64,000 nucleotides of DNA, taken from assembly GCA_964106915.2 (NCBI GenBank), contig OZ066926.1; one strand, written 5' to 3'. Positions 1 through 14,800 of this stretch are shown here, piece after piece; within the stretch, counting starts at the first letter, position 1; each line of letters opens with the position of its first letter. The notes beneath the pieces were generated by a model. It was not told where the DNA came from. It saw only the letters and a program-made list of their open reading frames with translations, and made no database searches. The translations under genes were made by a program, and so were the position numbers. Source of the stretch: Podarcis gaigeae (Eukaryota).

Positions 1-66
1 TGCCCCACCTTGTAAGGGCTGCTGCTGAGGAGACTGGCACAGAAAAACCAAAGAGCCCACCGGAAC

Positions 67-69
<3 letters not shown>

Positions 70-143
<74 letters not shown>
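70..143. repeat. (CT)n(CA)n microsatellite
   Basis: Seen directly; the paralogous (CA)n lies at ~19134-19172. Confidence 0.95.
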
Positions 144-147
<4 letters not shown>

Positions 148-1357
148 CGTGGAAATCGAACGCACTGGAATAGAGCAAACTTAGGCAGTGAATTATATTT
201 TAACTGCATGAGGCATAATCCTGCCACAGAACCTTCATTTACTTGCAGCGTGGCTGCCAAGATATTAAACCTGGTGGGTGGGGGTCAGGAGTGCCAACTT
301 GAAAAATACATTGGGGGGGGGGCGGAGAAGCCCAGCCCTGGGATGCATGCACTGTCAGTCAGCATTTCTTAGTGCAGAGAGTATTGATATGATGTGTAGA
401 GATCTTTCCTATTCTACTTAATTCAAGAGTCATGGATTGAATGTCAATGACTGTCAACTTTTTTGGGGGGAACTCATATTTTATGGGGGAGGGCAAAGGG
501 TCCTTGGCTACTCGGAGTTGGCTCCTATGACCTCCAATGAGGGAGCTCCCCACCCCAGGAATTGGCTCCATGAAACCATACAAGAAATTTCCAAATAAAA
601 CTCTTCCAGCAGTTTCATGCAAATGCTAAGCTGCATCAGAGACCAGATGAATCTCTGCAGGAGCCCACAAGCCCAGTGCTCATATGCGGATTCATCCATG
701 CCCGATCTTTTTCCACCTTGCTGCCTACAAGGAAGAGATCAATGGCCCAGCCTTTGTTTACAGTAACCTGCCTGAAATCCTCATGCTACCAGGAAACTTT
801 ATTAGCTGGGTTGGTAGGCATAAAACTAAAGTTCAAAGTACAATGTAGGGCAGGTGTGAATCATAGAAATATAGACTCCTTAGTTCTTCATAGAGGGCTT
901 GAGAAATACAATAAGGTACCAAAGTAGCTTGATGGGGTGTGTGTGGGTGTGTGTGCAGGAGAATGTTGCAGGAAAGGATCGTGTCTGCATGTGTGTCCAG
1001 TGCTGTGTGTTTCTTGGTTTTCCTTCTCCACGGTAACAAAAAAATTCTGCTTCTGATCCTAATCTTGTTTTGCCCTCTCCATGCCCCCCACCCAACCAAA
1101 GGGAAGCTGGGCTGCCATGTGGAGTGCATCAACTTAGCCCTGCAGAGCAGTGGCGTTTCTTGGCTTCCCATTGACACACACACTCCCACTTACATGTGTG
1201 CCAAAAATAGGGGTGGGATGGAATGGAGAGATTCCCCAGTATGTGTGCCTTGTAGCAGAACCCCAGCGTCAGTGGCTCCCATAGGGGAGCTGCAGAAAGG
1301 ATGAGTGGCTGGTCAAGGAAGCCGTGGACTTTAAAAGGTTGAAAACCACTGGGCGAG

Positions 1358-1541
1358 GTGAGACACAGGAAGTGAGGAAAGTGTATGGAACTGCTTGGAC
1401 CAGCAACAAGGAATTGTCTTCCAGTCGTGCAGATACTTGGGCCATGAATCAAAGTGGTATGATATGATCACAGATCCTCTCATCTCGCATAGGAGATCAG
1501 TATCGCCGCAAAGGAAGGAGTCAGTCTCTGTGGAGCACACT
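1358..1541 (-). pseudogene. Orphan degenerate ZU5 exon
   Basis: RVCSTETDSFLCGDTDL...YHFDSWPK, then a frameshift to VAGP...IHFPHFLCL with an internal deletion. Confidence 0.75.
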
Positions 1542-2572
1542 CTGAATGTGAGGAAGCCAGGAAAGCAATTCACCCAGCAGTTTGTGTGCCCAGCTCACAC
1601 CCAGCTGTCCATGTTGCCAGTCATTGAAGCACCCACTACCAGGATCTCTCTGGCCTCTGGGAAAATATCCTCAGAACGTGAAACAACTTCTTTGTTGAGG
1701 CAGGCCTGCTCAGAGAGCTAAAGCTGACAAGTGTTTTAATATGCACTTTACTTTTATAAAGTTATATTTATTAAACTGTGAAGGGATTTTTTTACAACTA
1801 AGCGGTATACACATTCAATTTTTTTAAAAAATGACAGCTGAAGAGCACTAATTCGTGTGGGGGTTGCAGCCATAAGAACACATGTTCTGCTAGACAGTAC
1901 AGGGCTAATATACACAGAGTTCTTGAACTTCCTAAAGAGGACTCTCTGTGTGTGGTCATTTCCTTTGGCTCCTCTGGGCAGGAACTCTGTAAAAAAGTTG
2001 ACAATTATTTATATTTCCTTCTGCCTGTGACAAGACTCTCTCTTTCTACCATGCCTTCAAGCTGAGCAGACCTGTGTGGTTGAGGCTTCTACTTTCAGTC
2101 ATGTTTGCTAAGACTACTGCAATTTTATTGTAACTTAGAAGTATTTTTCTGCATACTATACTACTTTTTCTGTATATGCTGCTTGCATGGAAATGTAAGC
2201 AAAGCCTTCTCCAATTATCTTACTAAAATGTGTGGTGCATTCTCTGCAATGGAGGTGAAGAGGAGGAAGGTAAGCAGACTGCAATTGAAAGGGATAGAAT
2301 GGTGGGTTTGCTTAATTCCTAAACTTGAATAAACTGCAAAACTCATAGGTGCTTGCGAAAAAGGCTTCACAGCTAGATTTCATTTGCATTTCTCCCACAC
2401 ACTTAGAAGAGGAGGTTTAGATCAAAATCTACAGATTTAATCCTCAATCCATCTCCCATAGTTTGGCCATCCCTGATGTATCACTTTCCTCCTTCCGGCT
2501 CCTTAGCCCCCAAGTAGGGATGATCTGAATTGCTGTCCATGTTGGGGGTGGGCTGCCAGCATTCCTCTTTTC

Positions 2573-2858
2573 TTACCACTTCCTGCAATGCCTGAGGAGC
2601 CTCTCTGCCTCATCCCTGCAGTTGATGGTTCTGAGCACATCAGCTGTCACCTGCACGGCATAATCCCCTGTATAGAAATTCAGCAGAAGCCGGCTCAGGT
2701 CCACCACATCTGCCTTCTCCAATGTCCCTCGGGGGATGTTGTCACAGCCTTTCTTAACAGGAAACTCATGGAGCTTGAGCTTGAACTTCTTGAGTTCGTT
2801 CTCTTGCAAGTTCTCCAGGGTGGACACCAGGCTGTCTGTGATGGTCTTCTCCATCCAT
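2573..2858 (-). CDS. Gene A C-terminal PYD exon
   Basis: LVSTLENLQENELKKFKLKLHEFPVKKGCDNIPRGTLEKADVVDLSRLLLNFY is an ASC-like PYD. Its phase-2 acceptor is reached through the 70-nt exon 4235-4166. Confidence 0.92.
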
Positions 2859-5800
2859 CTGCATTGTCACCCCCCAGAGGCAGGAAAAAACAGACATGCT
2901 CTCAAGATTCAAAATGGACCACCCATCTAAAAAGGTTGGTGACTCCTGCTTTAAATACTGTGATAAAGGATTGTAAGCTACATTTATGAAAGCAAATGTA
3001 AGTATGCCTTAAAAAACAGTAACAAAAGTAGAGTATTCATTGTGGGATGTGAAACACAAGAGCAGTCAAGTACAACATTCCTAGAGTGAACATGTTTACA
3101 CATGGGGAGGGATGTTTGTCCAGCCAGCAGGTAAACTTCCTGTTTCCTTCTGGGCTGGGACAGACTTCCTCTGCATGTGACTAGAGGTGGGTGTGGCCTC
3201 ACCTGTGCAGGTAATGACAAAGGCACAGAGCAGGGCAGCCATCTCTCTCTCTTTCTCCACATGCATCAAAGAAACAGCATCTACTAAGCCAAAGATGCCC
3301 TCTTGGCTTCCAGCCAAGAGAGGACAGAGGGACTGTCTTCTTAAGAGATAGACTCCAAATGTATATTACTTCATTAAGCCTAAGTCTGCCTTCTGGGATC
3401 TGATTGTGAACAGAATGTGAGTAAACTCTTTTTATACTTTTGTAAAAGACTGTGTCGTCCCTTCTATTTTATGAGGGAATAAGGGGAAATTACCAGAATA
3501 GTTATTATAGAGGCTTTAGGGAGCGTAAGCAAATGCAGCCGCTGCAAACTTAAAATAAAGGGGAATGTTACTCTGCTGAAATTGTGGAACTTGTTAACAC
3601 AAGTTAGATAAGTATATAATCAGACAATATATCCTCTCCTGCATCCCTGAATATTCCCACATTCATCCCATCATACCTTTATGGATTAAAATAAATCAAG
3701 AATATAATGTTACATTTATTTCATTAAAACATTTTTCTGGCTGGCTTTGTACCACATCAAAATTACCATAACTAGTGGGATACAGTTCAAGGCATTGTTA
3801 AAGAGCAGAGTACAGGTAAATGTTGGCTGGGGTTAGGTGAATCTGCAGTGGTAGATAAAAGCTCCAGCCATAAAGAAATTGGTGCTCCCTCCCTCCCCAT
3901 TTGGTGGAATCTCTCTTTCTCTTTTTCTCTTTCTCTTTCTGTTTCTCTTTACAGGAACACACATATCTGTCTTCAGAAGTGTTCACCATACATGCAGTTT
4001 CCCCGAGAATTTATCTGAATTCTGAGTAACGACTTTCAGAGCCTCCCCATTGCTTCCCATCCTCCAATACCTGTTGCCCACCTGAGGCAGCTGCTTCACT
4101 GTGCCTAATGGCAAGATGGGTCTTTTTTGGTGAAATGGAGTGGGGGAGAAAGGGTTAAGCCTTACCTGCCTTCCACATTATGTCCAGGGTTAGTTCTGCT
4201 GAATGATGCATTGGTTGGTGTGCAGCCACAAGCCCCTGGGAAGGTGAAGAGGGAGGGAATACATACAAAGCAGGCAGGGACAACGAATAAAATGAGCATG
4301 GTGGGAGATGAGCCCAAGACTTCCAAATCACATCCAAGTTTCTCTTGGATATGTTAAGAACTGATACTCAATTTAATATGGAAAAGCTCACACTGTAAAA
4401 CTTCAAGAGAGGAATTCAATGTCAGCAAAAGCAGTTCTGCTACTGTTTCATCAGCCCTCTGTGCTCCTATTGGGAGGGAAGTGGGATACACATACATGCA
4501 GAGAAATAATTAAAACCTGCTCACCTTGTGCTGGGTGTGGAATAGGAGAATCCATCTCCTCTGAAATTAACTCTCCTGAAATAGAATAAGAAAGAGGCAG
4601 TCAAAGAGGGAACGTGACCCGTGGTCCTTTTCCATCCTGCCTCCTAAGATATGACCCAACCTCACGATCTTCCCTTGATTAAAACTCACTTCGTTTCAGA
4701 TGTGCCTCCCAAACAATTTCAGTCGTGCCCTTCTTCATCAGGTAGAAGTTGAACTTGTCTTGCATTTGCTCAGCAGACAGTTCTACGTACTGCTGCAGTT
4801 TCTCTGCATCCAGGTATTGAAACTTCAGTTCCTGTGGGAAAGAATGAAACCTCTGTAACTGGCCATTGCAAGGAAGACAAATTAAAGGGTGAAGAGGGAT
4901 TCTGGTTGAATTTCTCCCATTCTCAGACTTCACAGTTTGACTCTTCCCCATCATATTTGTCTCACCTCAGGATAGACTGTGACATCCTCTGAAGCCTTCA
5001 AAGATACCTGAGAACCAATCATCAGCGGTTTCAGGGTCACAGGGGGTTTCTCTATTCTCTTTGAATTTACTTCACGCTTTTCGACCGCCTGGGAATGGCA
5101 AATAAATTCACTTTTTAGATATGCAAAGAGGGAACCAAACTTCTTGAAGACCGGATCCCTACGACCTTCTTGACACCGTAACACCAGCTAAGGCAGGAAT
5201 GGGGAACCTGATGGCCTCCAGATGTTGTTGGACTCAAATCAACCCCAACCAGCTTGGGTCAGGGATGATGGATGCTGTAGTCCAAGAGCATCGGCAGATA
5301 CTCAGATTCCACATCTGCAGTATGAAGAAAATTAAACCACTATGGCACCAGAAACTACACTACTACAAGAGCTCTTGAACTGGGCAGCCTGAACTAAGCC
5401 TGAGCAAGTTGGCAGAGAGGTATCAGCAATCCTGCGTCCACCTGCATCTTGTCTTGATGAGACCATGCAGGAAACCACAGAAGCCATAAAACCTCAATAT
5501 TTGAATGAAGCATCAGAAGGCAATTTTAAGAAAAGTTCAGATTGAGAAGGTAATATGATAATGTGCTTTATCTCCCATGTGCCAACACTGCAAATCAGGA
5601 AGAATGTTTTTCCTCAAGAGTTCTTACAGACAGTTCATAATTATCAAGCTGATTCCTTAATAAACCAAGCTGAATTTGTTCATCAATAAATCTGAAGGAA
5701 TAAGCCTTATTTATTTCAGTGAAGGCTTCCAAGAAAATGTGCTTAGAATTTTGTTTTTACAAGTCAGTGACAACAACGTTTGTTTACAGAACCAGACAGG

Positions 5801-8800
5801 ACATTTGGCCTCTAGCAAGCAGGCTGGCTAACAAAGGAAAAAGGTGTATTTCAATATTGCAAACTTCACTTTGAAACAAGAGTGTTGGTGAGAAGCTAAG
5901 TCACCCGGTGGAGGGCAACTGTGAATCTTCTCTCTAGTAGCATGTTGATGTTGGCTAGAAGTTTGGTAAAACAGATCAAGTCCAACGAAGATAAGTACAG
6001 TATAGTTCATGCACCCTAATGAATAATTTTGCATAGGTATTCTCTCATGGTTAGAGTGATCAAGCAAAAGATCCAGGTAATCTGCAACACCAATCAAAGT
6101 TGGAGATTCCAAGTTACCTTTACTATAGAAGGGTCATTTGGCAGGAGGTACAGGTGAAATGTTGGTGTTTCCAGTCGAAGTCTCTGATAGAGCAGTACGA
6201 CAGTGTTGATCTTTTGCTTAAACCACTTTTTGAAAACGACTCCAAGGGAAGAGAACTTGGGGTTTTCCAACACAGCATGGTGAGGCTCCACTCTGTCTGG
6301 CTTCTCCAGCCTCATCTCCCCTTCCACAAAATGTGCAATGAAGACATGGGAACTGTCGTCACCTGTAAAGACAAGCATGTTAGCAGTGGGAAAGTGAAAC
6401 TTAACCCCCCCCCCCATTTCAGGTCCTGCCAACCTAGCAGTTCGAAGCACGTCAAGTGCAAGTAGATAAATAGGTACTGCTCCAGCAGGAAGGTAAACAG
6501 CGTTTCCATGCGCTGCTCTGGTTTTCCAGAAGCGGCTTAGTCATGCCGGCCACATGACCCAGAAAAACTGTCTGTGGACAAATGCCGGCTCCCTCAGCCA
6601 GTAAAGTGAGATGAGCGCTGCAACCTCAGAGTTGTCTGAGACTGGACTTAATTGTCAAGGGTCCTTTACCTTATTATTTCACGCAAACGTTTGTTTTCCT
6701 ATTGTCTTTTAAGAGGTTTATAATGTTGTTCCACAGGACAATATGATCACATGGCAGCTTACAACAGAATGCAAATCAAAGAAAATAATAAAACAGCACA
6801 GTTGAAACATTTTGAAAAATTACAAAAGACTGGAAAGCCAGCACTACTGATTTCTAGACTCCACAATGCAGGCCCCATAGCATTCTGGAAACGTCAATGG
6901 AAGTTATTCCTGTTTCGGATTCCTCCTATTATGGTTATAATGCTGGGAACTTTCCCCCTGCCATACCTTCAAGACACAAGAAGTGAGGGACGTGAATGGC
7001 GGCCACAGCTTCTGCTGCATCTACTTTAATGTTGAGCAGAGGGCCAGCGACATGCAACTCCTCAGTGGTCTGTTCTTCCAGGTGCTTAGGCCATGAATCA
7101 AAGTGGTATGTTATGGTCACAGCTTCTTTCACTTCACATATGAGATCCGTATCTCCACAACGGAAGGAGCCAGCCTCAGTGGTGCACACTCTGAATGGCA
7201 CAAAGAGAAAGATGAAAGGGGAATCAGGTTGAACATTGTATTTGAGAGCAGAAGCAGTAAAGGAGTCTAGAAATGTTGTGAAATGCTGAAAAGCTGCAGA
7301 ATCATTTAGCATGCGGAATCACTGAATCCTGAGGATGAGTCATTCTTTGTATAAATATTGTATCTGTTTGGAGGCAGACTCAGCGTCCCTGGTGTCTATG
7401 TCTGCAGTGACTCTCTGAGCTTTGTGAAGCCTGTGCATGCTGAAGACTCTGTGTGACTCTAACTCTGTGTATGCTCTAAAGCTAACTTAATCTTCTGTTC
7501 ACTATGCTGTGAGAACCAGTGTGGTGTTGTGGTAAGAACGATGTACTCGTGATCTGGTGAACCGGGTTCACGCCCCCGCTTCTCTGGGTGACCTTGGGCT
7601 AGTCACACTTTGAAGTCTCTCAGTCTCACCTCACAGAGTGTTTGTTGTGGGCGAGGAAGGGAAAGGAGAATGTTAGCCGCTTTGAGACTCCTTAAAGGGA
7701 GTGAATGGCAGGATATTTATTTTAGCTCAGTAAAACTTTTATTCTTTTACTGAAGAAGATTCTGCATTATTAATTTACGCTGCATGTCAAACATGAATTG
7801 GGAGAACTTCCACACCTGGTCTAATTGATATTTTTGCAGGAGATGCTTCACACACTGAGTTATGGAGGTAAAATATTGACAGAAGGACATCTCCTGGTCA
7901 AGCATCACTCAACTGAAGCACAACTGCTATGAGGCCACCCAAAAATTTAAAAAGGTGGTTTTTCTTATACAGAGAAGGTGTTTTTAAAATGGTGCCTTCA
8001 TGCAGAGCAAAGCAAGCTGGTGAAAGTAACTACTCATCTTCTGTTTACCCTTGTGTTGATGATACGAGATCATCAGGGAAATTTCTCATACTCGGTAACC
8101 ACGGCAAGAGTTCAGTAACCCATGCACCCATTTAGCTCTAAACACCAGACCAAAAAGCACACTGCTTTAAAGTGTTTGGGAGGGAAACCATGCAGGCCAC
8201 CTTGAACTCCTTGGAAGAAATATGGGGTATAACTTAAATCATATCAATCAAATATTTTTAAGTGTGCGAATGTTCAGGGGTGCAGGAGATGGTATATTGT
8301 GAGATTATATCCTAATCCAATTTGTGCTAGCAAGTTCCCAAAATATCAGCAGAGTTTATAACATTCCCCTTTAAATTCGCAACGGTAACGTCTGCACAGG
8401 TTCGCTAGAACCTCTATAATAATTACTCTGGTAATTTCCCCTTTTGTTCCCTCTTAAAATACAAGACACAACACAGTCTTTATAAAAGTATAAAGGAGTT
8501 TACTCACGTTCTGTTCACAATATGATCCCAGAAGGCAGACACACTTAAAAAGGTTACATACATTCAGAATCTATCTTATAGCAAGATAGTCCTATCCTCC
8601 TCTCTTGGCTGAGAGCCAAGAGGGCATGTTACTCCTTCAGAAGATGAATATGAGAGAGAGAGATGGCTGCCTGCCTTGTGCTTTTATCATTTACCTGCAC
8701 AGGTGAGCCCACACCCACCTCTGGTCACATGTGGAGGAAGTCCGTCGCCAGGAAGTTTACCTGCTTGCTGGACAGACATCCCTCCCCATGTTTTAACATG

Positions 8801-11800
8801 TACACTCTAGGAATGTTGTCATTGACTGCTCCTGTGTTTACATCCCACATAAAGAAGGAGAAACAACAGTTCCTCAAAAAAAATGCAGAGTTCCATATTT
8901 TTCACTCTCTTGGAAATAATAAGCAACAGCAATGCTCCAAGGTAATGATTTTCCAACTGTATTTGAGGGACCCAGGAGTTCCTCAGTGAAGAGATCAGGA
9001 CTGGTGGGTAAGCTTCCTTCAGAGAGAATTTGCCCACCATGGCCAACTGTTCATTGCAATATGCAAAACATACTGTAGATGTACTCTGTGTATGTTTTAG
9101 GGAGCACCACCACATCTGATGACTGTGAGACCCACTGAAACCAGATGTGCTCTGTGGAACAATTAAATGTAAAAACCGTTCCCTGAATGGAAAAGGTTTT
9201 TAAATGTCTGATGGAGAGATCACTCACCTGTATGCTTCGTTGCCCCTTTCTGAGTCCCAAACCACCTCTGGCTCTATTGGGCCAGCTGCCTTGAGTGGAG
9301 TTTGATCCAAATCTGTAAAAGGAAGACAATTATTTGCCTGATGACTGTTGCAAGGAGGAAGTTAGGTGAACTGCCCTTGAAGTTTAAGAACTCGAAGTCA
9401 AACTCACCATGCATTGCAGATAGCAGAATCAGAATGGTACCTGGATGTGCCATTTCTACACATTCCAGGAACCTGCAACAAGATTGCTCCCCTCTTTCCT
9501 GGATTATACTCAGCAATTTTTCACTTTTTAAAATTTTCAACATTTCGCAAATGTCTCTGTATTCTTTCAGAGTGATGACATAGAAATAGTATAGCACATC
9601 TACAAAATGTTCAATATCCGGTTCAAGAATTTCCATTAATTGTTTTCTTCCCTTGCAGATCATCTCATTACTAGAGATTGTGGATCTTTCCAATGACCTG
9701 TGGCAGAAATATTTATTTTATTTAGGTGACAGAAGGCGGGGAGAGGAGAATTAGAACATAGTTAGGATGCAGACTGCTCCCTTACCATAAATGCCAATGA
9801 GGGTCCTTTGGCCAACCCACCAATAATTTTCTTCTGGGGACACAACCCCTCAATATTTTCTCCCCACCACTGCCCACCCACCTGCCTTCCCATCTCCCTC
9901 CCTTGGTTTGCTGTCTACCCCCAGCCAAGCATCACTCTCTGTTTCTGGCTTTCCTCCAGGAGGAGCAAAGTGGGACATAGCAGTGGGGGGGATGGTGGAT
10001 GTGAGTGTGTGGTTTGTGTGTGTCTGTCTCCTACCTGGCTTCCCATCCCTCCATCAATTGCTAGCTCCCTCTCTCTGTGTGGCACCCTCTTGCAGTGGGG
10101 ACAGCCTCCACCCAACCTACCATGGTGGCAGCCTGAGCAAAGTTGAGCATGCCTGGCCAGTGGGTGATGACAGGCATGGGCAAGGCAGATGCCTGGCTGA
10201 GAGGAGACAGCTGACGTAGGGACAGAGGGAGGCAGAGCAAGCACCCTGGCCGTGCTGCAAACACCAACACCGACTGCCTACACTCAATGCAGCTCCCTGG
10301 GTGCACACTGGCCTGACACCAGACTTAGTGCAGCAAGGGGGTGGGGGCAGGGGAAGTAGGCAGGCCTGCCCCACCCATATTTTGTTTAAGTTGGCGCCAC
10401 TGTCTCTCACACGGAATCAAACTGTTGGCCCACCTAAATTCATAGTATCAACATGTTATGATGAAACTATGCTCATTTGTCATATTATGATGAAATTGCT
10501 TTTGTAGTGTTTGAAATTGGCTTATGGGTTGCCCTCTAGCCTCCCCCCACCTCAGGATTGCCTCAAGTTTATGTGAACCATACCACTCCTTGCTGTGGTC
10601 CTTTCCTTCAACCCTCCCCCAATCTTTGGGTTCCCTGCCCCCTAGGGGTTCTTTCCCCCCAAACAAATTCCAATCCTTACCGTGCCCTCCCATCTTGTCC
10701 CTCCATGGGGCGGGAGTGAGATGATAATCCCAGCCAAGCTATCCTGACTCTGAGCCATTCACTGATGACCACTTTGTCCCCCAAGCAACTGGAAAGTTCC
10801 CTGCCCTCAGACCAGCTTAATGTGACATACAGGGCTGGAGGGTTAAAGGTCTTTCAGATACAAAGAGTCATTTGCTGGGGAGGCTCTAGCTCTTGGTTTC
10901 CTGCTTCAAGCAGCAGCTGGACTAGAATAGATGGCCCACTGAGTTCCCTCCAAGTCTGTTATTCTATGACACAGGCAGGATACCTGCAGCCAGTGGACCA
11001 CAGGTAGCCCTCGGATGCACTCCCTGGGGCCTTCCAAGGCCTATGGAGCCCTGCCTCCATCCCCCAGCTGCTAAGCCTTTAAAGTATCTGGCAACCTGCC
11101 AGCATCAGTGGAAAATATACACTTTGGTTTTCCTGCCCAATGGTTGACGCAGAAAGTGGGAAAGGTCCAAAATAGCAATTTTCAAAGTATTTTTTCCCCA
11201 AGCAGGGGCACACACACACATTTATTAAATTAGTGCTAAAGCATTTTTGTTTCAAGCAGGAAAGCTTGTATTGTTTTAAGATTAATGGATTTTACGTTTG
11301 TTTTGGATTGGAAGGGTTAGCTGAGAGGGGAAAACATTGGTATAATTGTAGCTAAAGTGGTGGCTTCAGTCAATTATATAAGTACAGAAATTACCCTTTG
11401 GTGGCTTTTTCTGATGGAACCAGTTCCTCCAGAGCTTGATTAATTTTTGACGACAAGAATTCAGCTGACCGGTGCCTTGAAACATGCATTTTGCAAAGTC
11501 GCTCTGCTGCTAGATATTGAGAAAGTGAGTGCATGTCAACAGCTTTACTGAGTCCTTGCCGCTTTCTACATATTTTTAACCATTATTTGGCACTGACACA
11601 CAAATTTGGCATTGTATTGCATGAAAGACAGCATTGGTATAGAAAGGATTCACTTCCGTCTCATACAGGTCAGTCTGCCATTTTGGGTGACCTAAATCTT
11701 AATGTGGAATGCATACTTCTTTCCAACACTATTTTGGCTGTTAATGTCATGGGTGACATACTGACGACACAAAGGCAGACAATACCAACAAGAAAGAAAA

Positions 11801-14800
11801 GTGGGAGGCATCTAAGAAAACTTATTAAGAATTATAGACCAATTTCACTACTAAACATGGATTATAAAATATTTACAGGTATCCTGGCTAAAAATCGTAA
11901 ACAGGGTAATAGGAAATGATCAAGCCGGCTTTTTACCGGGGAGGCAAATAAGAAATAATACAAGGATAATTAATGACTTACTGGAATATGCATAAATGAA
12001 ACCAAGCAAAAAGGTAGCAATGCTACTGGAAGAAGGCTTTCGACAGCATATTGTGGAACTTCTTAATTAAAACTTTTGAGAGCTTGAGAATAGGAAACAA
12101 CATCATGAATGGAATTAAGGCAATTTATGACAACCAGAAAGCCAAAATAATTATAATGAATTTAATATAGAAAGAGGTACTAGACAAAGTTGTCCCTTGT
12201 CCCCACACTTATTTATCACAACGGTGGAGACTCTCTTAATAGCAATAAGGAAAGACCAGGAAATAAGGGGCATCAATTTAGGTAGCCGATATTACAAGGT
12301 GAAGGCATTTGCTGATGATATGATTATTACTATAGTCATACCTCATGTTACGTCCGCTTTATGTTACATTCTTTCAGGTTACATCCCACAGTGACTCGGA
12401 AGTACCGTAAAGGGTTACCTCCGCGTTTCGCCACTCGTGCATGCACACAAGTGCAAAATGACATCCTGTTCGCAACCAGAGGTACCACTGTTCTGAAAAC
12501 CCAATTGAAGGCATACAAAAAGCACTAGTGAAAATGAATGAATTTGGCCAGGTCTCAGGATTTAAACTGAATAAAAATAAATCTAAATAATTAACAAAAA
12601 ATATGGAAGAGATGGAACAAGAGGACCTAGAAAGAATAACGGGTCTAAAGACCACAAATAAAGGAAACTATTTGGGGGTCTGGATTACAAATAGGAACAC
12701 TAATTTATTTAAAGACAATTACATAAAAAAATGGAAGGAAATTTAGAAAATTGAAGTAAATTGAAGCTGTCATTATGGGGCAGAATATCAGTGATTAAAA
12801 TGACAATACTTCCCAAAATCCTCTTTCTCTTTCAGACAATTCCAATAATTATTGGGACAAAATGTTTTCAAGATTGGCAGAGGGACCTGGCCAATTTCAT
12901 TTGGCAGGGCAAAAAAGCAAGAATGAAATTTAAATTGTTGACGGAACCCAGAGAAAGAGGAGGGTTCGCGGTCCTGGACCTCAGAATGTACTTTGAGGCC
13001 GCATGCTGGACTTAGTTGAAAGACTTTATGTTGCTTAGGAATACCGAAGTCTTGGATTTATAGGGCTGGGACAAGGTTTTCGGGTGGCATAAAAGCACAT
13101 AAAGGCTTCACGAACCACCTATTGAGGAATGCCTTATTCGAGGTTTGGGAGAGGAATAAATCCAAAGTTATAACAAAAACCCCTTGGTGGATATCACCTA
13201 TAGAGTCAACTGCTATTCATAAGGATAACATGAACAATAACTGGCCAACTTACAGAGACTTGGTGGATGAGATAAATTATTGCCCCAAACTGAAAAGGTT
13301 TGAAGAACTCAAGCAACTAGGGCTAAATTGGCTAGAATATTACCAGCTTAGGGTGACTTTTGAAAAAGATAAGACTTTAAAAGGGTTTGATAACAAAGCA
13401 ACAATCTTAGAGAAGGAGGTTTTACAGAACAACCAAAAGACTCTCTCCAAAATGTACAAGCTGTTAAAGAATGCTCAAATAGAAAAAGAGGAAAAGGGAA
13501 AGGCCATAATAAGATGGGAGCAGGACTTAGGTTATGGAATAGAATATAAAGAGTGGAAAAAACTGTGGACAGGACAAAAAATATTACAGCATGTTATTTA
13601 ATAAAAGAAAACTGCCTGAAAATGCACCATAGGTGGTATTTAACACCGGAGAGATTGGCTAAAATGAACAAATTGCTTAGTAATAAGTGCTGGAGATGTA
13701 CAAAGCAGATTGGAACCTTCTACCATATGTGGTGGACACGTCCAGAGTTCAGAAAGTTCTGGGACATGATCCATGAAGAAATAAAAAAGTTACTAAGAAC
13801 TTCACATGGCAAAAGACCAGAAGTGTCTGTAACCTGAAGCGTATGTAACCCGAGGTACCACTGTATTAAATAGTGATATTTCTAAAGAAAATACTAACTT
13901 CTTCCTGTATGCGACATCTGTGGCAAGAATCCTGGTGGCTAAGTACTAGAAGGGTAACCAGGTACCGACCAAAGAGAAATGGTTCTGTAAATTATGTGAA
14001 TATTTGGAACTGGCCAAATGGTTGGATATAATAAGACTAAAGCCAATGAATACAGTCAAGAAGGAATGGAAGTGCTTGAATGATTATTTAGAAAGACAAG
14101 GTTCTAATGTAAAAAATTGGCTGTGTCTAGAATGACCTCATGAATGGAAAAAGTACGAAGAAATAGAAGATCAATTATTGGGATGGCTGGAATACCACCA
14201 GCTCTTTGAGACATTTAAACAAGATTTTAAAAATGGGTTTAATAACGAGCCCTCAAAATTAGAAAAAGAACTGTTAAATAATAACAAAATTATTTCCAGA
14301 ATGTACTGACTCCTCCTTGACTGGGAAGGAGTCAGTAAGTTTTTTCTCTGGCAAAAACCCAGAATTAAATATAAAATACTAACAGATTCAAAAGCGAGAG
14401 GGGGATTTTCCCTGCTAGATTTGAAGATATACTTTGAAGCTGTGACTTTCTGCTGGATCAAGGATTGGATTCAGTTAGACAATGCTGATGTATTAGATTT
14501 GGAAGGATTTGACAATGTATTTGGATGGCATGCATATTTATGGTATGATAAGATATCGGCTCATAAAGGTTTAAAAAAATCATGTAATTAGAAAATCATT
14601 ATATCATGTTTGGATAAGGCATAAAGATCTCTTAGAAAGGAGAACACCCAGGTGGATTTCACCAATGGAAGCAAAGGCACACAGAAAGTAAAATATGGAG
14701 AGTAAATGGTTGAAATACACTGATTTATTGTTGGAAGATAATGAAGGATTTAAATTGAGACCATTTGACCAAATTAAAGATAAATTGGATGGATGGTTAT

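Larger units (their letters stand above)
1..1760. repeat. Segmental duplicate of the intergenic block ~19080-22840
   Basis: Collinear near-identity: 1-430~19080-19490, 430-880~20480-20890, 960-1760~21885-22840. A partial third copy lies at ~28970-30190. Confidence 0.9.

Noticed and set aside
2573-2854. Stand-alone PYD-only (POP) or ASC/PYCARD gene
   Set aside because: The paralogous exons in C and D have no ATG at this position, and all three are fed by a conserved phase-matched 70-nt exon from the FIIND gene.
6390-6400. ISRE-like GAAAGTGAAAC
   Set aside because: Intronic, part of an acceptor pyrimidine tract on the other strand, and not kept intact in paralogs.
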